A program made the position numbers and the translations under genes. This document shows, in pieces, positions 20,610-31,918 of a stretch of DNA of 64,000 nt. Position 1 is the first letter of the stretch; every line of letters begins with the position of its first letter. The notes under the pieces were generated by a model. It was not told the origin of the DNA. It saw nothing but the letters and a program-made list of their open reading frames with translations, and searched no databases. The DNA comes from an uncultured Planctomycetales bacterium (GTDB lineage Bacteria; Omnitrophota; Gorgyraeia; Gygaellales; Profunditerraquicolaceae). The stretch covers positions 2,031-66,030 of the forward strand of contig CAZAPM010000012.1 in the NCBI GenBank assembly GCA_964487475.1, written 5' to 3'.

Positions 20610-21698
20610 TTACTTTTTCTTCACCTGCTGCATGAACTCGTCGAACATATACGCCGCGTCGTGCGGCCCGGGTGCGGCTTCGGGATGGAACTGCAGGGAA
20701 AAAAGGCGGTGTTTCTTATGCCGGATGCCTTCCAGCGTCCGGTCGTTCAGGTTCAGATGGGTGATCTCCAGGTCCTTCTTGGGAAGGGAATCCATATCCA
20801 CGCAAAACCCGTGGTTCTGCACGGTGATGTACACCTTGCCGGTCTTCAGATCCTTGACCGGATGATTCCCCCCGTGATGCCCGAACTTCAATTTGAAGGT
20901 CTTGCCCCCCAGCGCCTGCCCGAGCATCTGCTGGCCGAGACAGATACCGAAGATCGGCACTTCCCCGATAAGTTCGCGCACCGTCTCCACCACATAGGGC
21001 ACGGCCGAAGGGTCCCCCGGCCCGTTGGAAAGCAGGATGCCCTGCGGCCTTAACGACCTGATCCGGGAAGCGGAAGTCGAGGCCGGCACCACCACCACCC
21101 GGCATCCCCGCTGCGCCAGCAGGCGTAATGAATTGAACTTGATCCCGCAATCCAGCACCACCACCGTATGCCGGCCTTCCGCCGACCACTCATAGGTCTC
21201 GGCGCAGGTGACCTCTTTGACCAGATCGCGTCCCAGCAGGCCCGGCGCCTGTTTCGCTTTGCGCGCGAGGCTCCCCTCGTCAAGATCGACGGTGGAAAGT
21301 ACGGCGTTCATCGCCCCCGCCTCGCGGATGTGCAGGGTCAGCGCCCGGGTATCGATCCCTTCGATCCCCAGGATACCGTGCTCACGCAGATATTCGCCCA
21401 GGGACTTGGTCGCCCGCCAATTGGAGACCACCCGGCTGTATTCTTTGACCACGAACCCCTCCACCCACGGCCGGCAGCTTTCCACATCCTCGGCGTTGAC
21501 CCCGTAATTGCCGATCAACGGATAAGTCATGGTCACGATCTGGCCCTTATAGGAAGGATCGGTGATGATCTCCTGATACCCGGTCATGGAGGTGTTGAAC
21601 ACCACCTCCCCGTACTTTTCCCCGTCAGCGCCGAAGGAGGTACCGCGGAACACCGTACCGTCTTCAAGCACCAGCAGGGCTTTCTTGCCTTCGTTCAT
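20610..21698 (-). CDS. carA: Carbamoyl-phosphate synthase small subunit (glutamine amidotransferase)
   Basis: 362 aa; N-terminal CPSase_sm domain and C-terminal class-I GATase (GICLGQQ). Confidence 0.9.
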   Translation of the reverse strand: MNEGKKALLVLEDGTVFRGTSFGADGEKYGEVVFNTSMTGYQEIITDPSYKGQIVTMTYPLIGNYGVNAEDVESCRPWVEGFVVKEYSRVVSNWRATKSLGEYLREHGILGIEGIDTRALTLHIREAGAMNAVLSTVDLDEGSLARKAKQAPGLLGRDLVKEVTCAETYEWSAEGRHTVVVLDCGIKFNSLRLLAQRGCRVVVVPASTSASRIRSLRPQGILLSNGPGDPSAVPYVVETVRELIGEVPIFGICLGQQMLGQALGGKTFKLKFGHHGGNHPVKDLKTGKVYITVQNHGFCVDMDSLPKKDLEITHLNLNDRTLEGIRHKKHRLFSLQFHPEAAPGPHDAAYMFDEFMQQVKKK

Positions 21699-21728
21699 CC
21701 GGACTTACCCCGTTATAAAGTTACTGGA

Positions 21729-23252
21729 TCACGTTTCGAAGAAATTCTGCGACGCGAATGCGCCGTCAGTGGTCAGGTTCACCCCCAGGCGCTTCAGCCC
21801 CACCTCATCGCCGGGAGTGGGCAGGTGCGTCATATGCATCTCGCACCCCTTCAGTGCGGAGAGTTTTTTCATCGCCAGTTCCGCCGTATGGCTCGCGGTC
21901 GCGCTGATGGAAAGCGCGATCAAGGTCTCTTCCAGGTCCAGGCTCTCGGAATCCTCGTCGAAGATACCCTTTTTCAACGCCGAGATCTGCCCGATCACCT
22001 GCGGGGAGAGCAGCAGTATCTCATCGGGTATCCTGGCCAGCTGTTTGAGGGTGTTAAGCACCAGGCTCGAGGCGGCATGCAGCAGGGGCGAATTCTTTCC
22101 CGTCACCACCGTCCCGTCGGACAACTCGAGCGCCGCGCCGCAGAAGACCCCCGCGTGACCTTTCCCCTGGGACTGCGCCTCCCCGGCCGCCTCCCTGGCC
22201 GCCGCCACCACCGGACGGTCCGCGAACTTCACCCCCAGCTCTTCCATCAGCAGGGACGCGCGCGAAACCGTCTCTTTCTTTTCGATGCCCCGGATATACT
22301 CGGTGTGGTAGCGGAAGAACCGGCGGATAAGCTCCTGCTTGGCCGCCTCCTGTACCGCACCGTCATCCACGATGCCGAATCCCGCGCGGTTGACCCCCAT
22401 GTCGGTGGGAGAATTGTACATGGGCCCGTTGGCCTCATGCTCGGTGATCCTTTTCAGGATCATTTTCAATATCGGGAAACTTTCCACGTCCCGGTTGTAA
22501 TTGATGGTCACCTGGTTATACGTGCTCAGATGGAACGGATCGACCAGGTTAAAATCCTGGATATCGGCGGTCGCCGCCTCATACGCCACGTTGACCGGAT
22601 GCTTCAACGGCAGGTTCCAGATAGGGAACGTCTCGAACTTGGCATACCCGGACTTGAGGCCCTTCCGGTGGTCCTGATAGAGCTGCGAAAGGCACGTCGC
22701 AAGCTTGCCGCTGTTGGGCCCGGGGCCGGTCACCACCACGATCGGCTTCCCGGTCGGCACATACTCGTTCTTACCGAACCCGGCGTCGGACACCACCACG
22801 TCCACGTCCGCGGGATAATTCTCGATGGGGTAATGGTAAAAGACCTTCACCCCCCGCCGCTCCAGCTTGTGGCGGAACTTCTCCGCGGCCGACTGCCCGG
22901 AGAAACGGGTGATCACTACGGCGCAAAGGTCCAGGCCCCATTTCCTGAGGTCGTCGATCTGTTTTAAGGCCGCCGCATCATACGTGATGCCCAGGTCGCC
23001 CCGCATCCGCCCTTTTTCGATATCCCCGGCATAGATGCACAGGACGATCTCGGAATCGCCTTTGAGCTGCTGCAGGAGCCGCACCTTCACGTCCGGATCA
23101 TACCCGGGGAGCACCCGCGCGGCATGGAAATCCCCGCAAAGCTTGCCCCCGAACTCGAGATAAAGCTTGTTGTTGAACTTACGCACCCGCTCCAGGATCG
23201 CGGCCGTCTGTTCTTTGAGGTATTTCTCGTTGTCAAAACCGGTTCTTTTCAT
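21729..23252 (-). CDS. DUF1846/UPF0371-family protein of unknown function
   Basis: 507 aa; recognised by overall resemblance to the ~500-aa UPF0371 family (from memory, unverified). No catalytic motif recognised. Confidence 0.55.
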   Translation of the reverse strand: MKRTGFDNEKYLKEQTAAILERVRKFNNKLYLEFGGKLCGDFHAARVLPGYDPDVKVRLLQQLKGDSEIVLCIYAGDIEKGRMRGDLGITYDAAALKQIDDLRKWGLDLCAVVITRFSGQSAAEKFRHKLERRGVKVFYHYPIENYPADVDVVVSDAGFGKNEYVPTGKPIVVVTGPGPNSGKLATCLSQLYQDHRKGLKSGYAKFETFPIWNLPLKHPVNVAYEAATADIQDFNLVDPFHLSTYNQVTINYNRDVESFPILKMILKRITEHEANGPMYNSPTDMGVNRAGFGIVDDGAVQEAAKQELIRRFFRYHTEYIRGIEKKETVSRASLLMEELGVKFADRPVVAAAREAAGEAQSQGKGHAGVFCGAALELSDGTVVTGKNSPLLHAASSLVLNTLKQLARIPDEILLLSPQVIGQISALKKGIFDEDSESLDLEETLIALSISATASHTAELAMKKLSALKGCEMHMTHLPTPGDEVGLKRLGVNLTTDGAFASQNFFET

Positions 23253-23331
23253 GGATAACAGTAGGGGGGGTATGCAAAATTCTGATTATTATAATATACA
23301 AACCCGGGGTTGTAAACAGATTTAGCCGCCG

Positions 23332-24945
<1,614 letters not shown>

Positions 24946-25000
24946 TTAGGTGTTGAATTTTCCTGTATACATTATGCTGGGGTTGTATGCGACCGCTGAA

Positions 25001-25124
25001 CCACACCCCTGCGCTTATCGCACCCCGTCTATATCGGATCGACGGGTGCCCCGCTTTTGCGGGGGATTGCCGGGTGTGTTGGGTTAAAATTCACACCCCG
25101 CCTTATCGGATCGGCGGGTGTGTT
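25001..25124. repeat. Cluster of 2-3 tandem copies of the dual-hairpin element (loop TtATCGGATCG)
   Basis: The full copy at 25021-25082, caccccgtcTATATCGGATCgacgggtgccccgcttttgcgggggattgccgggtgtgttg, is ~85% identical to 43075-43136. Partial copies: cacacccctgcgcTTATCGcacc (25001-25024) and cacaccccgccTTATCGGATCggcgggtgtgttg (25092-25124). Confidence 0.7.
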
Positions 25125-25257
25125 GTCCTCCTACAACAAAAAAGGCGTTTTTTTTTATGCGGCTTTCCGGTACTCCGGAAGGCAGTCACAAAAAAAACGC
25201 CTTAACGTTAAGTTAACCCCGTTGTTAACCTTAGTGTTAGTATACCATGGAAGAAAG

Positions 25258-26112
25258 CTATGTCAATCCTTTATGCTCGGATTTCCGGAACAATCCGGCA
25301 AGATGATACCCCCGGCCCAAAAACGCCCGGATGCGGCTTCGCAGTACCCGCACACGGCCGAGGACCTGCGCGGAATGCAGGTCCTCCTCGAAGAGCTCCG
25401 GCAGGGAGAGGATCACCCGGGCCTCGAACCCGCATCGGGCCAGGGCGCTGCGCAAAGTGCGGCGGTCGAAGAACCAGTAATGCTGCCCGGGAAAGAAGAT
25501 CTGCGCATGGGTCCCCCCGGGCCCAAGGAAGTTCGGCACCGCCACGAACAAATACCCCCCCGGCGCCAGATACCGGGCGACCTGCTCCAACGCCAGGCGC
25601 AGATCGGGGAAATGCTCCAGCACGTGCACCATACAGATCAAGTCGAAGCTCTCCCCCTGCGGCATATCCTGTGGGAACGCCCCGCACCTGCCCTCGATCC
25701 CCTGCGCGTGCGCCCAGCGCACGTACTCTGCGTTAGCTTCGATCCCCTGCGCCTGCCACCCGCGGGAAGCCAGCCATTTCAGGAACATCCCCTGGCCAAA
25801 CCCTATCTCCAGCGCCCGGCCGCGCCGCATTATCCGCGACTCGATCACCCGGCCCATCAACTCAGCCTGCAGCATCTGGTGCCGGGCAGACTTCTCGCAG
25901 GGCGCGGGATACACCCCCTCCTCATCCCGGTAGAGATAATCCAGGGGAGGATACTCTTTCCCGTCCCGGTACAAGCCGCATCGGGCGCACTCCGAGATCA
26001 CCATCGACCACTTCCGGTAGGTGCGCGTGTGGCTCTGCCTGATCCTGGATTCACCGCATACGCAAGGCCTCATGGTCGGTATTGTAGCAGTCTCCGCCCC
26101 TAAACGCCACAA
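25258..26112 (-). CDS. Class I SAM-dependent methyltransferase with N-terminal Zn-ribbon-like Cys pairs
   Basis: Methyltransferase motif I ALEIGFGQGMF; N-terminal CVCGES…CARCG. The start may be the internal ATG at ~26073. Confidence 0.65.
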   Translation of the reverse strand: MWRLGAETATIPTMRPCVCGESRIRQSHTRTYRKWSMVISECARCGLYRDGKEYPPLDYLYRDEEGVYPAPCEKSARHQMLQAELMGRVIESRIMRRGRALEIGFGQGMFLKWLASRGWQAQGIEANAEYVRWAHAQGIEGRCGAFPQDMPQGESFDLICMVHVLEHFPDLRLALEQVARYLAPGGYLFVAVPNFLGPGGTHAQIFFPGQHYWFFDRRTLRSALARCGFEARVILSLPELFEEDLHSAQVLGRVRVLRSRIRAFLGRGYHLAGLFRKSEHKGLT

Positions 26113-26164
26113 AAAAAACGCGCCCCTCCGAAGGAAGGGCGCGTTTCATTACCCGGACGCGGAC

Positions 26165-27757
26165 TTATTTCCCGTTCAGTATCTTTTCCGCCTCCTTGCG
26201 ATACGCATCCATGACGTAGGGGATACCGCTTATCTCCTCCGCCTCTCTCGTCAGGGTCATCAGGTCCCGGCGGGAGATGGTGGTTAGATTGAAGTTGCGG
26301 GACCCGGCCATCAACTGCTGCAGCCCGACCTTGATGCGCTGGCTGAAGGTGTAAATACCGATGGCTCCCATGGGCATGGTCTCTATCTCTTTGCCGTACT
26401 TCTCCGCCAGCTCTTCATAGCAGACGAAGATCTCCTCGGGCTTCACGCCGTATTCGGCGATCTGCGGCGGGAGGTTGTTGTTCTTGATCCACTCGCCTAT
26501 GTTCTTGCCCACGAAGCCCGGGATCATCAACGCCCGGCCCATGCACACCGCCTTGACGTACGGTGCGCCCATGGCGATCGCCTTGAAGATATGGTCCTCG
26601 AGCGCGAAACCGCCGGCGATGGCGATATCCGGGACGCGGACCTTCTTGGCGCGCAGCTTCTCGCAGAATTCGTAGGTGAGCGCCTGCAGATAGAACGTAG
26701 GCGTGCCCCACTCCTGCATCATCCTCCACGGGCTCATGCCGGTGCCGCCCGGAGCTCCGTCGATGGTCAGCAGGTCGACTTTGGCCTCGGCGGAGAACCG
26801 CAGGGCCTGCGCCAGCTCCACCATCGAATACGCGCCGGTCTTCAGGGTGATGCGCTTGAACCCGAGATCGCGCAGCCGCTTGATCTCCTTCATGAACCCG
26901 TCCTCAGAGACGAAGCCTAACCGGGAGTGGCGCTCGAATTCCTTGATGGCGCCGGCCTTATACGCCTCCTGGTTCGCTTTCAGGGTGGGATCGGGAGTGA
27001 CGATGTACCCGCGCTTCTTGAGTTCCAGCGCGCGGTCCAGGGTCTTGACCTTGATCTCGCCGCCGATGCACTTGGCGCCCTGGCCCCACTTCAGTTCGAT
27101 GGTATCCAGTTTATGCTTCTTGCGCACGTACTCCGCCACGCCTAAACGGGTATCCTCTACGTTCATCTGCACCAGGATCTCGCCGTAGCCGTCGTGATAG
27201 CGCTTGTAGACCTCGATGCGGCGGTCCATATCCGGGGCATTGACGATCTTGCCCTTGGCATCGAGCTCGAGCTTGGGATCGATACCGCAGACGTTCTCGC
27301 CGCAGACCAGGGTGATGCCGGAGATCGCCGTACCCACCGCAAAATGCTCCCAGTTCTTGCGGGCGATCTCGGTCGACCCCAGGGCGCCTGTGAACATAGG
27401 CACCTTCATCTTGACCTTCTTATCCCACCCGTACTCGGTCTCGGTGTTCACCGCGGGGAAGATCGCGGTATCCGGCCCGCCCTCCACACCCTTAGGCAGC
27501 CCTTTGGCCCCGGCCGCATATCCCTGGATGTTCAGGTGGGAATAATCGACCGGATAATCCTTGTCCGCGCCGGCGGTCATTTCGCCGAAGGGGCCGGGAT
27601 AGATCACCTCCCTGCCTCTGAAGGAAGACTTGAACACCTCGCAGTTTCCCCGGCAGCTTTCCAGACAGCGGGAACAAAGACCGGAACAAGGGACGACGTT
27701 TTTCGACCTGTTGAAGGTCCGGCTGGCATCGTTGCCGCCCGGTGAGCGCAAATTCAT
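26165..27757 (-). CDS. Glutamate synthase-family protein (archaeal-type FMN-binding GltB domain with N-terminal Cys cluster)
   Basis: 530 aa; CSGLCSRCLESCRGNC Fe-S-like cluster; FMN-domain motif TIDGAPGGTGMSP. Confidence 0.75.
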   Translation of the reverse strand: MNLRSPGGNDASRTFNRSKNVVPCSGLCSRCLESCRGNCEVFKSSFRGREVIYPGPFGEMTAGADKDYPVDYSHLNIQGYAAGAKGLPKGVEGGPDTAIFPAVNTETEYGWDKKVKMKVPMFTGALGSTEIARKNWEHFAVGTAISGITLVCGENVCGIDPKLELDAKGKIVNAPDMDRRIEVYKRYHDGYGEILVQMNVEDTRLGVAEYVRKKHKLDTIELKWGQGAKCIGGEIKVKTLDRALELKKRGYIVTPDPTLKANQEAYKAGAIKEFERHSRLGFVSEDGFMKEIKRLRDLGFKRITLKTGAYSMVELAQALRFSAEAKVDLLTIDGAPGGTGMSPWRMMQEWGTPTFYLQALTYEFCEKLRAKKVRVPDIAIAGGFALEDHIFKAIAMGAPYVKAVCMGRALMIPGFVGKNIGEWIKNNNLPPQIAEYGVKPEEIFVCYEELAEKYGKEIETMPMGAIGIYTFSQRIKVGLQQLMAGSRNFNLTTISRRDLMTLTREAEEISGIPYVMDAYRKEAEKILNGK

Positions 27758-27825
27758 ACCACTCCTCCTTTGTTGGTTGGTGCTTATTTATACATACTAT
27801 GCATGTATTTTAGGCAGGAAAGAGC

Positions 27826-27915
27826 AAAAAAAAAGACAAAAACGACCCAGCCCACAGGGACGTCTTTGTCCAAATCGGTAATTTTCAGCATAACACAAAG
27901 CCTTACGCTGTCAAA
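27826..27915 (-). promoter_or_regulatory. Leader of the gltB-domain gene: sigma70-like promoter (TTGACA-N16-TATGCT) followed by a 10-bp-stem hairpin plus U9 (attenuator-like), then a palindrome ATACATGCATAGTATGTAT before the RBS
   Basis: Minus-strand reading: TTGACAGCGTAAGGCTTTGTGTTATGCT…GACAAAGACGTCCCTGTGGGCTGGGTCGTTTTTGTCTTTTTTTTT…AAGGAGGAGTGGTATG. Confidence 0.5.
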
Positions 27916-27929
27916 CAAAAAAAGCCGTG

Positions 27930-28835
27930 CTAAAAATTGAATTCCCCGGACACCTGCACATATACGCCGCTCTTGGGCTTGGCTTTTCCCAGGTCGTCGC
28001 CATATTTGAAACTCCTGTTCCAAGCATACCCCCCGGAAAGCGACACACGCGCAAAAGAAGAGGCTTTCAGACGGATCCCTCCTCCCGCGGCGGACTGGCT
28101 GTAACGCAAGGGCACCCCTTTTTGTCCGTTACGGGTAACCTCGAACTCCCCCCTCGTGAAATCAGCGTTCAGGAAAGTCTCCCAGGAACGCGTCATGGCA
28201 TAAGATACCTCGGGCCGGGGAGGAAGCAAACTCACGGTCAACCGGTCATTAGGCTTATATTTAAAGCCCGCGAAAGGCACCACCTCGCTCCCGAAATAAT
28301 GATCCGGGTACACTCCGAATCCGAGGATATAGACCCATCGGTCGTCGGGTGTGAAGATCGCATACGCCTGCACGGGAAAACGCATCGCCGAAGAATGCAG
28401 CTGCCAGTCATCGGTATTGCACAGCGCCGCAACTTTTACCCGCAGATACGCGTTCTGCAGGGCAAAGAACGGCGCGGTCGCCTGCGCGCTGGCGTGCATT
28501 CCGGTCAGCTGCGCCGGAAGTCCGGTGGCCGAGGAGTCATCCAAGGCATAATGGTTCACCCCTAGGGCGAAAGTCACGGGAAGCTCCTCCAGGACCTTGG
28601 TGTTGAGGGCCACCTCGGCCTGCGAACCGGCCACCGAGATCTTCCCGGTCTCGCCTTTCAGGGAACGCACCGGGATATAGAAGGAGGAAACGCTGGCCTG
28701 GACCCGGGGTTTCTCCCGTTCCTTGTCCCGTGCCGCCTCATCCTGCGCACCCGAAGATCCCGGATGCATGAACACCGCCAGTGCCACTGCCGCCGCACAC
28801 CTGATGTACCCCGTGCTCATGAGCCCCTCCCTCAT
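27930..28835 (-). CDS. Putative outer-membrane beta-barrel protein (signal peptide, C-terminal Phe)
   Basis: 301 aa; signal peptide AAAVALAVFMHPGSSGAQ; alternating amphipathic beta-strand pattern; ends …VSGEFNF. Confidence 0.5.
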   Translation of the reverse strand: MREGLMSTGYIRCAAAVALAVFMHPGSSGAQDEAARDKEREKPRVQASVSSFYIPVRSLKGETGKISVAGSQAEVALNTKVLEELPVTFALGVNHYALDDSSATGLPAQLTGMHASAQATAPFFALQNAYLRVKVAALCNTDDWQLHSSAMRFPVQAYAIFTPDDRWVYILGFGVYPDHYFGSEVVPFAGFKYKPNDRLTVSLLPPRPEVSYAMTRSWETFLNADFTRGEFEVTRNGQKGVPLRYSQSAAGGGIRLKASSFARVSLSGGYAWNRSFKYGDDLGKAKPKSGVYVQVSGEFNF

Positions 28836-29302
28836 TCGCGGATGATCGCGACCACTTTATAGCGCAATACGCCCGCCGGTATCTTTATCTCCACCAGATC
28901 CCCGACCTTATGGTTCAGCAGCGCGCTTCCCACCGGGGAGGTCACCGAGATCTTCCCGGAATCATAATCCGCCTCTACCTCGGAGACCAGCGTATACGCC
29001 ACTTCCTCCTCCGTATCCTCATCCTTAAGCGTCACCTTAGCCCCGATCAGCACCTCATCCGAAGGGATATCGTCGTCGATGATCCGGGCATGGGCTAATT
29101 TCTCCTCCAGCTCCGCGATCTTCTTCTCGTTCATCCCCTGCGCATCCTTGGCCGCGTCATATTCGGCATTCTCGGAGATATCCCCGTGCGCCCTGGCCTC
29201 TCCCACCGCCTTGGATAACTGCCTGCGCTTCGTGGTCTTGAGGTACTGCAGCTCTTCCGAAAGTTTCTGATATCCTTTATGGGTCAAATACAGGTCAGCC
29301 AT
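28832..29302 (-). CDS. greA: Transcription elongation factor GreA
   Basis: 156 aa from MADLYLTHKGYQKLSEELQYLK; coiled-coil N-domain plus C-terminal FKBP-like domain. Confidence 0.85.
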   Translation of the reverse strand: MADLYLTHKGYQKLSEELQYLKTTKRRQLSKAVGEARAHGDISENAEYDAAKDAQGMNEKKIAELEEKLAHARIIDDDIPSDEVLIGAKVTLKDEDTEEEVAYTLVSEVEADYDSGKISVTSPVGSALLNHKVGDLVEIKIPAGVLRYKVVAIIRE

Positions 29303-29306
29303 CGAC

Positions 29307-30335
29307 TTACTCTCCTTTTTCCTTCCCTGCGACCGCCGGCTGCGGAAGCAGGACACGAGTCCCCAGCAATACCAGGGGGATCACGATCCAGTATGCATAC
29401 ATCAAACCCCGGCCGTACGCTCCGATCACAAAAAGGTCGAAGAGCCACAACGCGACGATCAGGGGGATCCAGCAGCGCAAAGGCTCTTCAGGGTTTCCCT
29501 TCATTGCCCCGGCCGCCGCCAGGAACCACAGCGCACCGAATGAAGATGCCCAATCCAGGAACCGGTGCACGCGCAATCCGTCCGTAAAATAACGCAACGC
29601 CCGCTGCAGCCCCGCTCCCTGCAGCACATCCCCCGAAACCTGCCATCCCGCCCAACGCAATAAGGCATAGCCGCAGAACGCGGGCAGCATCCACGCCAGC
29701 AGTTTCACCCGGGGCACGCGGCGGTACAACAGCACCGCAGGCATCATCAGCACCAGGGATTCCTTGCAGAATATCCCCAGGGAAAATCCCGCCACGAAAA
29801 GGATGAAACGCCGCGTCAGCAGCGCGTACACGCACCACGAAAGGAAAAAATAACCCGCGGCATCGAGCAGCGGCAGCCCGGCGGAGTGCACGACGGGGCG
29901 GGAAAGGAAAAAGAACGCCTCTCCCGCGAGCGCTTCCCACGCCGAGAACCCGAGCCGGACAAGCACCCCCCAGAACAGCACTCCGGTGGCGGCCAGGAAG
30001 AAAAAATTGACCAGGAGGAACTTCGCCGCGGTCTCCATGAAGGGATCGAAGGTCCGGGCCGGGGAAAACCATCCGCGGGGCACCGGCGGGATGCTCCCGA
30101 CCAGCCGGCAGATGAGCTGGCGGCTGTGGAACTGCGCATGCCCTTCCTCTCCGGAGACCATACGGACATAGACGTTGACGTCGGGGTTATTGCGGTTGCA
30201 TCCCGGAGAAAGCGTGGACCAGGAGGAGTAGACGATGCTGAACGCCGCGGTAAGCGCCACCAGCAACGGCACCAGCCAGGCGCGTAACCGCAGTGCGGGT
30301 TCAGGTAAGCTCGGCTTCAAGCTTGCTGATGACAC
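29307..30335 (-). CDS. Polytopic integral membrane protein of unknown function (~9 TM; possibly GT-C-like)
   Basis: 342 aa with multiple hydrophobic helices and no recognisable motif. Confidence 0.4.
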   Translation of the reverse strand: MSSASLKPSLPEPALRLRAWLVPLLVALTAAFSIVYSSWSTLSPGCNRNNPDVNVYVRMVSGEEGHAQFHSRQLICRLVGSIPPVPRGWFSPARTFDPFMETAAKFLLVNFFFLAATGVLFWGVLVRLGFSAWEALAGEAFFFLSRPVVHSAGLPLLDAAGYFFLSWCVYALLTRRFILFVAGFSLGIFCKESLVLMMPAVLLYRRVPRVKLLAWMLPAFCGYALLRWAGWQVSGDVLQGAGLQRALRYFTDGLRVHRFLDWASSFGALWFLAAAGAMKGNPEEPLRCWIPLIVALWLFDLFVIGAYGRGLMYAYWIVIPLVLLGTRVLLPQPAVAGKEKGE

Positions 30336-30954
30336 TGTGAATATCCTTAAGCAGCGCCGCGGGCAGCAATTTATCCCCCTCCGCTTCCTGCTTCAGGGAC
30401 TTAAGCACTCCCATCAGGCGCTTGACGGTAGCGGCTTTTTTCTTCTCCCAGACCTCTTCGGGCTCGAGCTCCTGGCGCTGCCGGATAAGGGCGGTCAGGT
30501 CCTTCTTCACCTGTACCGCATCGCGTCCTTTTTCGAACACCTGTTTTTTCAGGTCGGAATAATCCTTTTCGTCCAGCACCTTCTTGGTCTTGGCCTGACG
30601 CAGCACGTCCACGGATTCGAAGCTGGGGACCTCGGTAGCGGAAGCCTGCTGCAGATACTCTTCCTTCAGGTACTGCGGCTCCTCCTTCTCCAGGAAGAAA
30701 TAGGAACGCAGCAGTTTAAGCGCCGTTTGCTTACGGATGCCGATCTCCTGCACGGTGTAGATATCGAAGGAGCCGTATCCCCACTCCTTGTATAATTTAT
30801 CCTTATACACGGTGTACAGAGACCTTCCCAGGTCCACCCAGGAGGATTTGAAGGACTTGGCGCTATGCAGGATCTGATACCGCAGCGAGGACTCATCGAG
30901 GGAAGCCATGCGCTCCTCGAGCTGCTGCAATGATTTTGGCTTGTGCGGTTCCAT
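30301..30954 (-). CDS. Hypothetical cytoplasmic protein
   Basis: ~217 aa from MEPHKPKSLQQLEERMASL; K/E-rich; no recognisable domain. Confidence 0.35.
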   Translation of the reverse strand: MEPHKPKSLQQLEERMASLDESSLRYQILHSAKSFKSSWVDLGRSLYTVYKDKLYKEWGYGSFDIYTVQEIGIRKQTALKLLRSYFFLEKEEPQYLKEEYLQQASATEVPSFESVDVLRQAKTKKVLDEKDYSDLKKQVFEKGRDAVQVKKDLTALIRQRQELEPEEVWEKKKAATVKRLMGVLKSLKQEAEGDKLLPAALLKDIHSVISKLEAELT

Positions 30955-30961
30955 GGATTCC

Positions 30962-31918
30962 TTACTGTGCGTTCTTGCGCGCAGCTTCCTGCATTGCCGC
31001 ATCGAACGCGGCTTCCTTGGGAGTCCTTACTGCCTGAGGGACATCCTCAAAAGAGGGGATCTGCGGAAGCAGCGACGCGTCGGCTCCCTCCTGGCTGTCG
31101 GGGACCGGCATCTCCTGCTCCTCGAGCTGTCCTTCCTCTACGGGCAGGGGATCGATCTCCAGCTCGATGCTTTCGCTGCGCACAGGCATCTTGATCGGAG
31201 CGGGGACGGGGACAGGTACGGGTGCGGGGACGGGTGTAGGGACGGGTTCCGGAGCTGCCTCAACCTCCTCGGGGATCTGCGGGACGGGAGGCGCCATGCG
31301 CGCGGCTTCCAGCTCCTGCTGCAATTGCTTCACCAGCGATTCCTTACGCTCGATCTCCTTCAATAACTGCCGGCGTTCCTCCTCATGGCGGCGCTTGGCC
31401 TGCGCCAACTCCGACGCCTTTTCATTGACCAGACGGGATTGCTCGACCTGCGAATGCTCGGCTTTACGCGCCTGCTGTTCCTTTTCCTCCACTGCTTTGG
31501 TCAGGTCCTGGATCCGCCTATCGAGCTCCATGATCCGGGAGGACGTGGCCGCCGCCGGAGAAGGAGGTTCCTTGATCTGCGCGGGCGCAGCCGTCTCCTT
31601 CGGAGACTTCGGCTGCACCGCTACCGGAGCCGCCGGACGCGCCGCGGGAACCGCGACCGGAGCGTTCGGGGAACGGGAGTCTATCTTTTTAATAAGCTCC
31701 AGGGCAGCGGAATTTCCCGGATTGAGCATCAGGGCTTTCTTGAGCTCTCCCCTGGCTTCGGCATAATTGCCCTGCTTATAAAGCTTAGTCGCATACTCCA
31801 CCAGGAAATCGCTCACCTTATCCGAAGGCGCCGGGTTTTTCGCCCACGCGGCAGAGCCGCATCCGAACGCCGCGGTCATCATCAAAGCGCAAAGCATCAT
31901 CTGGCATGCTCTGTTCAT
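30962..31918 (-). CDS. Putative periplasmic lipoprotein with a TPR-like repeat, long coiled coil and Pro/Val-rich repeats
   Basis: 318 aa; signal/lipobox-like LMMTAAFGC. One TPR-like segment (LYKQGNYAEARGELKKALMLNP), a coiled coil, PVPTPVPAPVPVPVPAP and an acidic C-terminus. Encoded partly by the DNA tandem repeat at 31195-31255 (GGGACGGGGACAGGTACGGGTGCGGGGACGGG…). Confidence 0.45.
   Translation of the reverse strand: MNRACQMMLCALMMTAAFGCGSAAWAKNPAPSDKVSDFLVEYATKLYKQGNYAEARGELKKALMLNPGNSAALELIKKIDSRSPNAPVAVPAARPAAPVAVQPKSPKETAAPAQIKEPPSPAAATSSRIMELDRRIQDLTKAVEEKEQQARKAEHSQVEQSRLVNEKASELAQAKRRHEEERRQLLKEIERKESLVKQLQQELEAARMAPPVPQIPEEVEAAPEPVPTPVPAPVPVPVPAPIKMPVRSESIELEIDPLPVEEGQLEEQEMPVPDSQEGADASLLPQIPSFEDVPQAVRTPKEAAFDAAMQEAARKNAQ

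Noticed and set aside
31195-31255. GGGACG/GGTACG hexamer tandem repeat
   Set aside because: It lies inside the coding sequence and encodes the PVPTPVPAPVPVPVP linker of the lipoprotein. It is not a non-coding repeat or CRISPR.
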